This document shows, one piece after another, positions 43,511 through 57,290 of a DNA stretch of 64,000 bases (the stretch's first letter is position 1; each line of letters opens with the position of its first letter). The notes beneath the pieces are model-generated. The model worked only from the letters and a program-made list of their open reading frames with translations, was not told the origin of the DNA and searched no databases. Made by a program: the position numbers and the translations under genes. This DNA is from Octopus vulgaris (Eukaryota), in assembly GCA_951406725.2 (NCBI GenBank), contig OX597817.1:71796001-71860000 (forward strand). Direction: 5' to 3'.

Positions 43511-43651
43511 GTATGATGTTTTGTCTGTCCCTTACTAAATTATGTGGCATAAAAGGTTGTTGATTATTCGCACAACAAGGAAAGTACATGTACATATATT
43601 TGAAGCTTTAACATCAATTATTGTATTTATAGCAGGGTACTGATAATATAA

Positions 43652-43845
43652 GTAGGGTGCTGAAAAGTTCCAGGCTTTAAGGGTATCGTGGAAAGCTTTG
43701 TTGGAGGCCCATATTCCTAAATTATTTTACTGGGCTTAGAAAAACTGAAGGACCGCTGCAATAAGCGTGTAAACCTGAGAAGGGGAATATGTTGAATAAA
43801 ATCATAATTAACTAATTCTCCAGCAACTTTTCAGCAACCCTCGCG
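43652..43845 (+). mobile_element. Non-autonomous mariner deletion derivative
   Basis: TIRs AGGGTGCTGAAAAGTT / AACTTTTCAGCAACCCT. Retains a transposase C-terminus LEKLKDRCNKRVNL..GEYVE*. Confidence 0.8.
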
Positions 43846-44248
43846 TAAATGATATGTATGTACTTCAACTGCTATAGCCGCCATTCGAGTATCCAATTGC
43901 AAAGCATCAAACTCTAATTAACTGATTGATGAAAACTGACTTGAAATCTTTAATTAAATATTTGCTACATCAAATGTTTTGTATTTTTTTTGTTCGTTAG
44001 GCTACGGGGGTGTAATAACACGAAAATACGTCTAACTATATCGTATGTATGTATGTATGTATGTATGTATGTATGTATGTATGTATGTATGTATGTATGT
44101 GTGTGTGTGTGTGTATGTATGTATGTACGTATATGTATGTGTGTGTATTGTGTATTGAACAATAAGTTCATGTATAAGCGTGTGGATTTGCATTCATATA
44201 AGTATGCATGAATATATAAATGCATGCATGTATGTATATATATATATA

Positions 44249-44704
44249 CTAGCAGTATCGCTAGTGATGACAATACTCAAAATATATAACAGACTGGAAT
44301 TGTAGGCCCGTCTCTTGCAATTTCGATCAATTGGATCTTGTCCTCCTCTTGTATAGAAGTGTACATTTGCAGCGAAATTCATTTGGACTTTCTTCTATCG
44401 AATGCATTTGCAACAAAAATGCTTCCGTAAAAACATTGAAAATATTGTCAATTTTCCCAAACACGGACACAATTCAATTTTTAAACAATAACCGCCCCCC
44501 CCCCCTTCTCCGAAAGGGAGGGTTACAGTTTACAATTATTTAACAAATACAACACAACAACGTTTCCCTGACGCGGAACCAAAAACGTGATTACAATAGT
44601 CAAACAGTAATAATAATAACAACAAACATTTTTAATTTATCCCCATTTATGTGAAATCACTTATTCAAGTTCAAGTCATTGATGCAATTTTATACGAATT
44701 GCTA

Positions 44705-44746
<42 letters not shown>

Positions 44747-45054
44747 ACACACACACATAATAAGGGAATACTTTCACTTTAATAGTTTCACACTTGCAAA
44801 AGAAAGTAGGAGAAAATGGTGGTAATAGCAGGAGTAAACCACTTGAAATGTGAGAGGCAAATCGTAAAATATTGAGTTTTCTAGAATTTTTGCTTAATTG
44901 GGAGTCAAATTGAAAACACTTGATATGCCGTGTCCCAATCGAATCTACTTGGAAAAATCATAGGTAAATTCCAATTGAAGAAATTCTATATTGTAGAATT
45001 GTATTAAAAAGAAACATGGGAACAGACAGAGAAAATCTGCCTTTTATCATAAGA
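44249..45054 (-). mobile_element. Non-autonomous Helitron
   Basis: On the minus strand it starts 5'-TCTTATGATAAAAGGCAG and ends ..GATACTGCTAG-3'. Inserted between A and T in TA tracts with no TSD. Confidence 0.7.
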
Positions 45055-45990
45055 TATATATATATATATATATACATATATGTCCAGTAGGGGTGGTGGT
45101 ATTCAGAAGGAATGAACAGCTATAACATTGAGGTCGGGAACAAGCTAAAGGTCTGAGCTGGGTATGCGAAGTTTGAACTGCGAAACAGCAAGTTACACCA
45201 CTTGCGCGCACATTTAAATATTGAGACTGGTTGATTGTGGTGAAGAGAAGTGACAGTGGAAAATGGAGGAATTTGAAGAACCGTATGATGGTACGTTTGA
45301 GGGAAGGTGAACAAAAGAAATGTTAGTGGCAGGGGTCGGCACAGTGGTTGGCGGCTAAACCAAGATGCAGATTTGAAGTGCGAGAATGGATGGTTTCGAC
45401 TATATTACACGTCGTCTAAAGCAAACAACAGAAAATAGTTGATTGGTGATAGGGAGATTCAGAATGCACTATGTTACAGCAAAGTGAACTGGTCTATGCT
45501 GATATGTAGTGGATCACATTCCGGAGGTATTGATTAGATACAAACTGCCAACTCGAAGATCAATCGACCTTAACCAGCATGCAACCAATGTTTACTCTTT
45601 CAGTACTGTACAAACCAAGGTTATATTGTGCAAGAACCGATTCGAAATATTTTAGATTGAACAATTAACTATATCTTCTGTGCTGAATTGTTACTATTTA
45701 ACCCAAAATCATCCCTGATCAAGCAGCCTCACAATCATAGATTAGTGGCTGTACTGTCTTTTTGTACATCTAGGTTTATACTGTCCAAAGTTTCCTACCT
45801 TTTTCAAGACAGTAAAGTGCTAATTGACTACCATTTGATTCTTCTTTCTAGCCTGAGAAGCGACTATGTAGAGGTTTCCTGGTTGATAATAATGTATTTA
45901 GAGTGTGTTTAAAGATATAGTAATGTATCTAAAACAAGCAAAGTATCAAGCTGGAAAATCTCTATAAGAGATGAAAGTAGTAACCATACG

Positions 45991-46211
45991 GAAAAGTAAT
46001 GTTTGTCACCACATTAATATGGCTGAACCATAGGAATCGACCTTACTACCGTTTTTAACCGAGGAGGAGCCTCCTCCAGCTAGTTATCAATGCAATCTTC
46101 ACTCGATATATATTGCAAGAAGGAGAGCGAACTCCTACGATCTTCTAGCAGAGGATATGGCGATAAACATTACTTTTCAGTATAGTTTTAGTATAGTTAC
46201 ATGTATGTATC

Positions 46212-46300
<89 letters not shown>

Positions 46301-46444
46301 CTGCAAGCTGCTAGCTGGAGCGAATCACTGCAGTCTCTGCGGACGGGTGTTTTCCACTGACGATGAGCACATTATAACCCAAAACTGTACGGACTGGGAT
46401 CCTATCGTTTGCTAAAATACGGTAGGGGTTCTCTACTCTGCTTG

Positions 46445-46519
<75 letters not shown>

Positions 46520-46631
46520 AGCAGATTGCATCAATAACCAGGCAAAGGAGGCTCTTCCTATAGTTATAAATGGTAGTAACGTCGATTCCTACGGAGCAAC
46601 CATATTGATGTGGCGATTAACATTACTTTTA
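45991..46631. mobile_element. Old inverted-duplicated pLTR-like element with a degenerate HHR (46352-46399)
   Basis: 45991-46157 is a diverged inverse of ~46402-46631. TTCCA-CTGACGA-..-AAAAC-TGTACG-GAC-TGGGA is an eroded HHR. Confidence 0.6.
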
Positions 46632-46659
46632 ATGTGTTTAGAGTGTATCTAGAGTGTAA

Positions 46660-47022
46660 CTTTTACTTGTTTTAATCATTGCATTACAGCCATGCTGGAT
46701 TGCCATCTTGAAGGTTTTAGTTTGGCGAATTGACCACAGCACATATTTTAAGTTTTGTACTTTTTCAGTCCTTCTCTTTTGCCGACGTACTAAGATATGG
46801 AACATAAACAAACATCGGAAGTTTTTAAGCAGTGGTAGGTGACAAAAGCAAACACAAAGTACATGTACGTATGTATACAACGAGATTCCACAAAGTTTTC
46901 GTCGACTAAATTAGTTCAGAGCTATAATAGAAAACATTTGGTCAAAGTGCTGAGCAATGAGACTGAAGCCGAAATCACATGGTTTTCCACGCGAGCTTCT
47001 CAACACCACAGCCATGTCTGCG
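46660..47022 (-). mobile_element. SINE family B, diverged
   Basis: TTTTACTTGTTT..CAGCCATGCTGG.. and ..CACCACAGCCATGTCTGCGC. Confidence 0.7.
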
Positions 47023-47987
47023 CATATGTGTTCTTATATATGAATCTGTGTGCATATGCATGTATTTATATATGTATATATTCATAATATGTATTCTTAC
47101 ATGAATACATGAATACTTAATGCTTTCAATTTCATATGACTTTTTCTTTTTATTTCCGATCGCTTCATCCTTATCTGGCTCTTCCTCTCTGTTTGGCAAA
47201 ATCTAAACTACAGTCCTGAAACTTTATTATTAAATTGTGATTCTTTTTATTCCTTTGTCTTCATAAAAATACAAAAAATATATATGGTGAATATAAAAGA
47301 AAATAAATTCTTGTGACAAATAGAAATCCCTAACTTCCTTATCAAAGAATTTAAGCACAAGTTCCAGAAGATATTCGAAAATGTTACTATAGTTTCCAGC
47401 CGGAAACATCCGGTTATCCGGTTTTCAGAAAGAAATGAACGAATAAATATATAAATATAGATAATCCCGAAAGAAAGGAATTTATTGAACTTTGTGAAGA
47501 AAGAATCTCAAATTCTTACAAAATGTCGTCTTAAATGAGTAAAATGTTATCTTCCCCTTCTTAGTTACCAGAAAGTTTTGAAATAAACTAACAAAAGTTT
47601 CAAAGTTTCCCTCAACAGGGCTTACTGCCATTTTAATCCAGAAAAATCAAGAGTCAACCATGCCAAATCCGTCTTGTTAAAAAGGACAGAAATTTCAGGT
47701 CTACATTATCTTCTGTGTACGTGTCTCCTAGAGTAGTACGTTCATCGTGTACTGACAAATGTAAAGTAGGAAAAATAAATAAATAAAAAGCAGAAAAAAA
47801 TCATCTTTAAGAAAATGCTTCCTTTCTTTCTTTCTTCCTTCCATTGTTTCTTTTTATTATAATTTTTTTACATAAATATCAACGTATTCCATATTATCTA
47901 GAATGTTAAAAAAATAATGTAAAAGTTACATATAACAAGAGCACTCAGAGAGCGCAAACTTCCTCCAATACAACACCAACGTCCTTA

Positions 47988-48260
47988 CAGTTCTATATTT
48001 AAGAGATGAGGATTTATGTACATTATTTACATTAGACGGATATTTGTCCTCATCGTGTTTGTTGTTAACACAACGTTTCGGCTGATATACCCGCCAGTAT
48101 TCTTCATGTGTCTTGGGGAAATTTCGAACCTTAGGAAAGAGAACACAGGTTCGAAATTTCCCCAAGACACCTGAAGAAGGCTGGAGGGTGTATCAGCCGA
48201 AATGTGTTAACAATAAACAAGATGAGGACAAATATCCGTCGAATGTAAATAATGTAAATA
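47988..48260. mobile_element. Palindromic insertion of two head-to-head minimal-HHR pLTR fragments with a 13-bp target-site duplication
   Basis: ACCAACGTCCTTA at 47975-47987 and 48261-48273. Arms are inverted around spacer 48132-48146. ACAC-CTGAAGA-A-GGCTG..CAGCC-GAAA on plus, and the counterpart ending GAAACGTT-GTGT on minus. Confidence 0.8.
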
Positions 48261-48273
48261 ACCAACGTCCTTA

Positions 48274-50085
48274 TTTCTTTAATTAGGCTCAAGGCCTCAA
48301 TAGAGAAGGGACAACACAAAAACAGACAAAACAATACAACGGGGTACATAGAAACACACATCGAATGAATTATGGATATAATGAAAATGAGAATGGAATG
48401 GCTTACCTACATAAGTAAGTAGTTCCATTTTACTGTTTTTAAATGAATAGTTCAAATTGGTTTCCTTTTTTAAAAATTCACACAAAGTCACTATTTATAA
48501 AATATACTCCATTAAATCTTCCAAAACCACCACCGGCAGCAATTCGTCGTAACAAACCTGTATCGCTGTCATCTCTATTCTTTCACCAAACAACTCCTTC
48601 AATCTATTTCCTCTTTCTTTTTCCAGTAAAACAGCTTTCAAACCTTCATTATTCTTTTTGGCCGCTAATTTCACTCTGATAATGTTCTTCATCTTGGCAA
48701 TCTTTTTCTCTATCTCTACACTTTTTGTGTATTGCACCATTGTTCTCAGGTCCTCCCTTTTGGTATCACTTTCCTTCTATCCTCACCAATCTCCTCCTCT
48801 GCTGCTGGCATTTCCATCCCTGTCTGTCTCTCACTCTCTGTTGCTATCATCTCTCCTTTATTTTCCTTTCTCTTTTGTACTCTTTCCTTCCTGCTAGTTG
48901 ATGGTCTCTGCGTTCGTTCCTCACTTTTATTGACTTTTCATTTTTCCCTTCTCATTCGTATTCTCTTGTTTTTGACTCTGCTTCTCTCCTCCACCCGCTT
49001 TTCCCTCCTTCTTGCCTCCCCCCCCCCCAAGGTGGATCTGTATCAATCTTCTTTCCCTTACCACTGTATATTGCTCCTCCATCCTCTCCTCCTCCACAGT
49101 CACACTCCCGACACTCCCTTTCTGTCCCCTCCTCCTCGTGCTTCTAGGGACACTCGGCCTTCATGTGTCCCCCCACTCCATACAGAAAACATACAGGCGG
49201 TCCTCCCTCCACCACAATTCCAAACTCTGCTTCGCCCGGCAACACCAGCTCCTCCGCAATCTTGTGGAGGTCCAGCAAGTTTACATAGGCCGTCACCTCT
49301 AGTCCACACCCCAACTAGTTCACCTCCGCAGTTCTCGATACATTCAACATTCCGACGTCCTCCTCCGCATTGTAGAGGATGGCTGCCACCAGCAACGCCT
49401 CATTAATTTCTGGGGGCACTCTACCCATTCTCACTCGGACCGCACGCTTGCCACAGCAAATCGATAGCAGCGTCCACGCAGCTGATCCCAAAGGCAAAGT
49501 GGATAATTTTCTCACTTTTTCTTTATTCACGAAATGCACCTCCACTGTACCGTATTTCCTTCCTCTAGCGCAACACGTCGTTACTTTCATAACCTCTCCT
49601 AGTCATTCCTCGACCGCTTCGACCGCTTCCACCTCCACCTTTTTCTTTGCAACACTCAACACTCCGCATATAATTGTTTTCCTCTCCGCTCATTCTATCA
49701 TTTCCTTGGGAGGCGTCAACCTCAGGCCACCTCCCTCCTTTTCCAATAAATCACTGCATTTCCTGAAGCTCTTCTTCCTCAACCCTACATCTCCAACCTG
49801 CAGCACCTCTGATAACAGGCTTTTGCAAGTCACTGCAGCACAACCACCCTCCTGCACTGGTGCACCCTCCATAACAACACTGTTCGTAACTTCACCCACA
49901 AATGGGGAAGAAAATAAAAAACAAAAATCCGGCAACAACAAATTCAACAATTTCAAGCAACAACAATCCAACAATTCAGTAAATAAGAATTTAACAATAA
50001 CAGTAATGACATGGAGCGTATACACTTTAAACTCAAGTGACTCAAATACAACATTAACGACAACATTAACGTCATCTCAACAATT
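48274..50085 (-). mobile_element. Decayed ORF1(gag)-only L1/Tx1-type element
   Basis: CARGRKYGTVEVHF..GKRAVRVRMGRVPPEI..VVEGGPPVCFLYGVGGHMKAECP (RRM-like plus zinc knuckle), homologous to 23797-24550. Purine-rich linker, then a tail ending ..ATTAAAGAAATA. No RT. Confidence 0.75.
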
Positions 50086-50386
50086 AGCCGGAGATGATTT
50101 TTAAAATGAAAATATCTGAAATAAACTCGACTGCTCTCACAAACGAGAATACAAAAATGAACCCGACCAATCTCAGAAATGAATTAACAGGAAAAATAAT
50201 CCAGAATCCTTGTCCGGTGCTGGATCGATCCCAAAATCTAATCATTTCGTGCCAATTACGAGGCCAAACATTTCTGAAAGTTTCATCTAAATCCATCCAG
50301 GAGTTCTTGAGATATCTTGTCTACGGTCAAACAAACAAACACGACTGAAAACAATATCACCGCCTTCGCTAAGGCAGAGGTAATAA
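50086..50386 (-). mobile_element. Helentron-associated (HINE/DINE-like) non-autonomous element, partial
   Basis: Reverse complement starts TTATTACCTCTGCCTTAGCGAAGGCGGTG.., then (GTTT)n, then GGATGGATTTAGATGAAACTTT. Confidence 0.65.
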
Positions 50387-51179
50387 ATATTAAAAAATAT
50401 GCCACTTGTTGCGGGCATATTGCAATTTATTTTCACACAGTATATCGAGGATTCCATTTTCTTACGAGCCCCCTATTTTTGTAAGTTGCCAGGATGTGAT
50501 TTAAATGAGCCTATCCTCCTGTATGTTAGCAGGCCAAGCGACTGCATAAAGGTGCCTTTGATGACGCGTGATGGCATTTGTATTGTTGTTATTGATGTTG
50601 TTGTTGCTGTTCGTTTATTGATATTGGTGTTTGTTTCTGACAGAGATCTGTGACTCAAGTTATTACAACAGCAATCAACTGATTCTATTGTTCAAATGGC
50701 ATGGTAAAATCTGAAAGAAATCTTGCTGCTATTTGAAACATGTTGAACATTTATATAGAAGTCTTCCTCATCAACTCGCTTTTGCATTAATATTACATAA
50801 CATGTGACTAATTAACTGAAGGGTTGGATATTGATACTCGATATTGCATAAGTCGCTTTCACTGCAGAATATTACATGTAATATATATTATGAAACCGTC
50901 CACCTTTATACAAGATTGTAAATATATTCCAAGGACTGAGTGCCTACCTATTCATTCAACCAAATTAATATTCACTTGAAAATGAAGCAGTAACTTGATT
51001 TGTGAACAGAAATACACGTACACGACATTGACGGCAGGAAACTAGTGAAAGTTGACTCCCTAAAAGAAGAAATGTATTAATTAGCGATAACACAATTCAA
51101 GTGACGTAAGTTATATACATACACGTATTAATAAACATATAGGGTGCGCCAGGAATTGAGAGACAGGTGTGTGTGTGTA

Positions 51180-51215
<36 letters not shown>

Positions 51216-51225
51216 TGTATGTATG

Positions 51226-51358
<133 letters not shown>

Positions 51359-54044
51359 TTAAGATTCAGTTTAATTAGGTACTTAAGTTGAAGCACGAAG
51401 TCAGTCGAGTATTATCCACACAGCTCGAAGTAAGGTGAATAAAACCAAAATAAGCAACAGAATTTCAAGTAGGAATGCAGTAGGACCGTTTCAAGTGGCT
51501 CTATTTAATTGAACAATGCACTCATTACATCAATTTAAATGCAATGCTATCTTTAGCTGCACAAAATATAGAATTTTTTTAACAAGTAGGACACATTAAT
51601 ATAATTTTTTGAAAATATCTACGGAAGTAGTGAAGTCAGTTACAGGTATTCAAACCGAAGAGGTTTTATAAGTTGTAATATTACAGGTGTTTTTGTATGT
51701 ATGATTTTATAGTTTCTAGTAGGTATATGATTTAGTCAAATGGAGACTTACTTTCATAAAGTCACTACAAATATATATATGTCTAGTAGAGTAGAACATC
51801 ATAGAAAGGAAAACAGGGCAATCACTAAAATAGGATGAAGTCAGACTAAGTAGGGGTTATCATGGGATAATATTATATATAGCACACTATATAACACAAC
51901 ACATAGCATTTAACACATGTAATGTAATATAATCTACCATATAACATAATATCCCATATTTTTTATATTTTATACTGGAGGGTAAGTCTATAACGGATAC
52001 GATACCAAAATTAATTCTCATCATCAAAGTTCAAGTACGATAACTATAGTTGCTAGTTTCGAAAATACTTAAATGTGCGGGTGATGCTATGCATGCATGA
52101 TACCTTAGATCTAATCTATTATTAATCAGGTTGTTCTGGTCTCGATACTTAAAGATCTCATAAATTTGATGAAACGTATTAAAATTTTCTCTTTTTTTCA
52201 TAAAATCTTTTAGCAATTTAATAAAAATCGCCCATATCTTCACTGGATTCAATGAGGCTACAACAGGGAATGCAATCAAGGATAAAGTGATTCTCATTAA
52301 CATTGTGGTTTACCACAAAAATAGCAGCCATCAAAGAAATCCTGGTATTTGAAACCACCAGCTAATCACTCTCCATGCTCCAATACTAAAAATCAAAGAG
52401 GCTCACATCCGAAGATCTAGAAGACAACATGCTGGTTGGTGTTATTACATGATTGCGAAAATTCTTGCTCGGTCACTTCTGGGACGCAAGTGTCACGTGA
52501 AAGGAAAGAGTCCTTCTGGAGAACATACGGCTTTCCCTTGCCCACCTCTCGAACTAACGCAATTTAAATATTTTTTCTCTAAATTCTGCAATGCTTCCTG
52601 CATATAAATTACATAGCATTTTGATAAGAACTTCTCAAATTCACGCAGAGCTTTAAAAAATTCCGAAAATGTCCAGATTTTCATAGTTCTTACTAATGGC
52701 AGATTCTCAGGCAACAAAAGATATCAGAATTTTATTTATTCAGAATAGGTAACTGATGCGATTGTTCTGAACTGTCCTTTTTCATTAGAATAAAAACGTT
52801 CGAAACTATATTTAAAATGTCAAGAAGTGTATTCTCTTAGTCCTTGAAGTGACAGTACAGAAGGAACTGCCTTTGATATTTAAATGACAAGTTAGACATA
52901 GCTTTTTATAATTACATGTTTTTCTTTTTCATTTTGTATTCATTTAAAAAGAAAACAAATTTCATTCTGATATGGATAATAGTGAAGCACTTGCAGCATC
53001 CTATGAAATCTTTCAACAATGGAATAAGAAGAAAATACAACTCCCGTGATTCCATACATTGAATAGGCCTACTCTTCCAGAAAACTGATTGTATTGCAAG
53101 AAAGGACCTGATAGGCCCAGATCTCCTAAAAGCACGAATGAAAGAAGAGTGAAATTCTGAAAAATATGAGTTACTTTCCAGAACTATTACAAAAAGGCTG
53201 AAGTTTGTAGCTTGAATTTCATATAAAAGATGAGACTGGAAACCTCTGTTGACTAAGAAAATATTAATGCCCAAACCCCATTGTTGGGCAACGATGCCGA
53301 CTGGGAACCAAACAGGTTTCAGAAAGTGTAATGAATAAAGATATGAATTTTGCAATGATACGCAGGAATGTTGTTTTTGCAGAGCTGGCAAGTCACACCC
53401 ACATAATTTTATTTTAACATCTGTGACGCTTGGAGAGAATAGAATCATGTACAGGTGGCATTTTCATCTGCAGATGTTGCAGCACTTCTAAGGTGTAAAC
53501 AGTCAATTACTACCTCGTAATACAAAAAGCTATTAAATATAAGATTATTTTCAAACTGACAAAAATTATTCTTTAAGGAAAAGCATCTCATTTTACAAAA
53601 TGACTATGCTCCTGCACATACATGAAAAGCATCCTAGGTCGGATCCTAACACAGACTTGAATCCATTACTCACAAATTTACATCCATCGCTATCGAGACA
53701 CCTCAGCAAAACCCACAATAATTACAACGAATTTAACTACACTAAAAATAAACCCACTAACGCAATCAACCAAACCTGCACACACACATAAACATGTGCA
53801 AATGTACCCACCCGAGCACATTCCCACATGCATGCACATGCATATTAACTTGACAGCCTATATATATTACACTCATTCACAAACGAACCCATGCAGATTA
53901 ATATCAAACAGATTAATCTACACTCACACACATACACCCATGCGCAGACACACAAATACATATTGGATCGCAATAAATTTGGTAATGATCATAAAAACCA
54001 ATGACAACTATGATCCAAAAGAAATTGCTATAAATCAAATTAAT

Positions 54045-54445
54045 AGGCGTAGGATTGGCTGTGTGATAAGTAGCTTGCTTATGAACCACATGGTTCCGGG
54101 TTCAGTCCCACTGCGTGGCACCTTGGGATAGTGTCTTCTACTATAGCCTCGGGCCGACTAAAGCTTTCTGAATGGATTTGGTAGACGGAAACTGAAAGAC
54201 GCGAGTCGTATATATGTATATATGTGTTTATGTGTGTGTATATGTGTGTCTGTGTTTGCCCCCGCAACATCGCTTGACAACCGATGCTGGTATGTTTACG
54301 TCCCCGTAACATAGCGGTTCGGCAAAAGAGACCGATAGAATAAGTACTAGGCTTACAAAGAATAAGTCCTGGGGTCGATTTGCTCGGCTAAAAGGCGGTG
54401 CTCTAGTATAGCCACAGTCACATGACTGAAACAAGTAAAAGAGAG
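54045..54445 (+). mobile_element. SINE family B, full length
   Basis: AGGCGTAGGATTGGCTGTGTGATAAGTAGCTTGC..GACTGAAACAAGTAAAAGAG. Confidence 0.92.
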
Positions 54446-55002
54446 TAATCTCCACAATATTCTACAACCAATAAACACGTTCTCAATAAAAATAAAACTT
54501 ATACACACAAATACACATATACACTCGCAAACGCATACGCCCACCTGGTTATATACGTGGTGCCAGCAATGTCTGTCTACCTGAAATTGTACCATATCTA
54601 CCTGATGTAACCTGAATGTATACCATATGTGTATTCAATACGCATATGAATTATTTGCCTCTAATGAAATGAGTCTGGCACTTATCGCTAAACACGACAA
54701 AAACGAATGAACCTTGTGCTGGACAGTTATCTTGTAAATCAGTATAATCCACTCTATATAACACTGGTATTGAATACTCGCATATACTATATCTCCCAGA
54801 TCTGTACCGGTTATATTCCATACACTCACACATACGAGTGCGAACACAAGCACACACATACACATATACACGTACATATATCTATCAGTGACAGTTTTAA
54901 TCTTTAATATTTATGAACAACCATACAATAAATAAATCAATAAATAAAACATTGACTACTGCGTAACTAAAATTACTAGTTATGTGTGTGCTTTCAAGTA
55001 TG

Positions 55003-55030
<28 letters not shown>

Positions 55031-55036
<6 letters not shown>

Positions 55037-55160
55037 GTTGAGGTAAAAGTTCATGCTCCGTGTTAAAATACTGCTTTTTTAAAACATATTTTTGAAGTGT
55101 GTGCGTTCATTCAGTTCATTATTTTGATATGGTGCACAAACATTTTCTTCAACCTAGTAT
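55031..55160. mobile_element. Mariner-type MITE in TA
   Basis: TATTAGGTTGA..TCAACCTAGTA terminal inverted repeats with TA flanks. Confidence 0.7.
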
Positions 55161-55904
55161 ATATATATACGTGTACATATAGTGAATATATGCATATATT
55201 GAATGCGTAGGGTAAGAGAAATATATATGCAGACAAGTTCAGACAATCCGATTTTACGGCTTGTTATACCTTACATGTCAAGCTAAGAATTCAATTAAAA
55301 TTCAAATTACACTTCTTGGTTGCTGTCTTGGTCAATCGAATATTATGTTTCATGCTTCATGATCTGAGAAATCAACTCCCCAAAGACACAGGAAAGTTAC
55401 AACTAGATGGAAACCATTATCGAGCGATAATGGTTAAAGTAAACATATCGAAAGCTACAAGACGTGTGGAAATTTTAAATCGTCATTAATAAATGGATTT
55501 TCAATGCTTTCTACAAGAACATATACATCATTGAAATTTTTCTAGAACCTATTATAATATAAATTGTTTGCAATCAAAAATGACCTCTATATAGTTTCCT
55601 GTATGTATTTAAGACAATGCAGTTTTATCTTGATTTCAGTTTATTTCTCGCATGGAAAGATAACTAGTAACGCAGTCACTGTTAAAGTAGCAGTGTGTAC
55701 ATGACTGCCGCGGAGGGAATTTAGGTAATGACGTAAAGTACGTAAATTTGCGACCTCCACGTAAACTCTAAAGAAGTTATTAAAATATTTTCTTAATCCA
55801 AATACAAATATGAAAACTCAGTGGAAAACAGAGTATGTGAGGGTGAACTAGGAGGAAGGACAGGTACGGGTCAGTGCCTTGTGGTAATATAACTTATGAA
55901 ACAT

Positions 55905-56042
55905 GTAGGTGTGGTCGTGTGATTAATACATTCGCTTTGTGACAACGCAATTTCAGGTTCAATCCCACAGGGTAGTACCATGGGCAAGTGTTTTCTACTA
56001 TAGCTCTGGGTCGACTTGAAAACTGAAAGAAGTTCGTCGTGT
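55905..56042 (+). mobile_element. SINE family B 5' half, diverged
   Basis: GGTTCAATCCCAC..TGGGCAAGTGTTTTCTACTATAGC..AAACTGAAAGAAG. Confidence 0.75.
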
Positions 56043-57145
56043 ATACATACATACTTACATACACAAACACACGCAGACACACATATATACACACACATAT
56101 ATATATAAATACTTATTTGTTGATATATGTATATTCTTAATAGTTGTATTTGTATTGGTATTTTTTGTTGTATACGTACAATTGTAATAGTTTTAGCTTG
56201 TTTGCTTTTGTCATTGTATACATTCGTTAGCTATCCCTAGAGACTTCCTGCTTTAGCACTGCCAAGACTGAGTGTTATCGATGTTAAAAGCGCGAAACCA
56301 CTAGGATGTCTTGGACATTGACGGATGAGGAATCAGCTGCGAATTTCTTGTGTATTATGTTTTTGTCTAATTTTCCATTTGTTATCATTTTGCTAATTTT
56401 CGGTTTGTCATGTTTCCGTCAAATTTCAACCTCTGTTGTATATAGGCGTGTATGTATGTGTGTAAGTAATTTATCTATGCATCTATGTCTATGTGTGTGT
56501 ACCTTTCTATTTGTGTTTGGCCCCTCACTGTCGCGTGATAACTGGTGTTGTTTTTTGTATGTCTGCTAGTAGATACTTGCTAATGATGAAACCCAGAGAG
56601 GCAGAAATTATCATTTAGCAATGACACCTGTTGCTGGACTACTTTCGCCTGCTTCTGATATATTTACGTGTCTTTAACACGGTGCATCTCTAAGAGATAC
56701 TATCTCAGGAAGAAAACCGCTGCTAATAGGCTTTCAACGATGTATCTGTTTAAATATGATACAAAGATTTCTATCTTAAACTACTGCTTCCTCTATCATA
56801 TAAAGAACTTTTATTCATCTTGACAGCTGGTTACAAGAGCCGTGCTGTCTCAATCACTGTTTTACTATAACTGTAAAGGTCGCATTTCTTTTAGCATGAA
56901 TTTGGCAGTGATACATACGATTGACAAAGCCCAATGAGGCAGATATGCGAATTTTTCTGTCTCCACAGCTATCATAAGATTTTCATCTGCTGCTGGTATA
57001 TGTCTGCATTTTTAACACTATACGTTTTTAACACGTGTTGAAAGGTGCAGTTAATAGTCTTTCAAAAATGTGTCTGCTCTATGATACACAAAATGCTATT
57101 TTCACGTAATATTGCTTCTGTCACGCATATCGAATATCTATCTAT

Positions 57146-57211
<66 letters not shown>

Positions 57212-57251
57212 TGTATGTGTGTTTGTGTGTATGTGTGTTTGTGCATGTGTG

Positions 57252-57290
<39 letters not shown>

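Noticed and set aside
48732-50104. 224-aa and 241-aa plus-strand ORFs
   Set aside because: They are antisense shadows of the purine-rich minus-strand ORF1 remnant.
56577-56621. TTGCTA-ATGATGA..GAAA..TAGCAA possible HHR
   Set aside because: The core and stem II are imperfect, and a simple hairpin explains it equally well.
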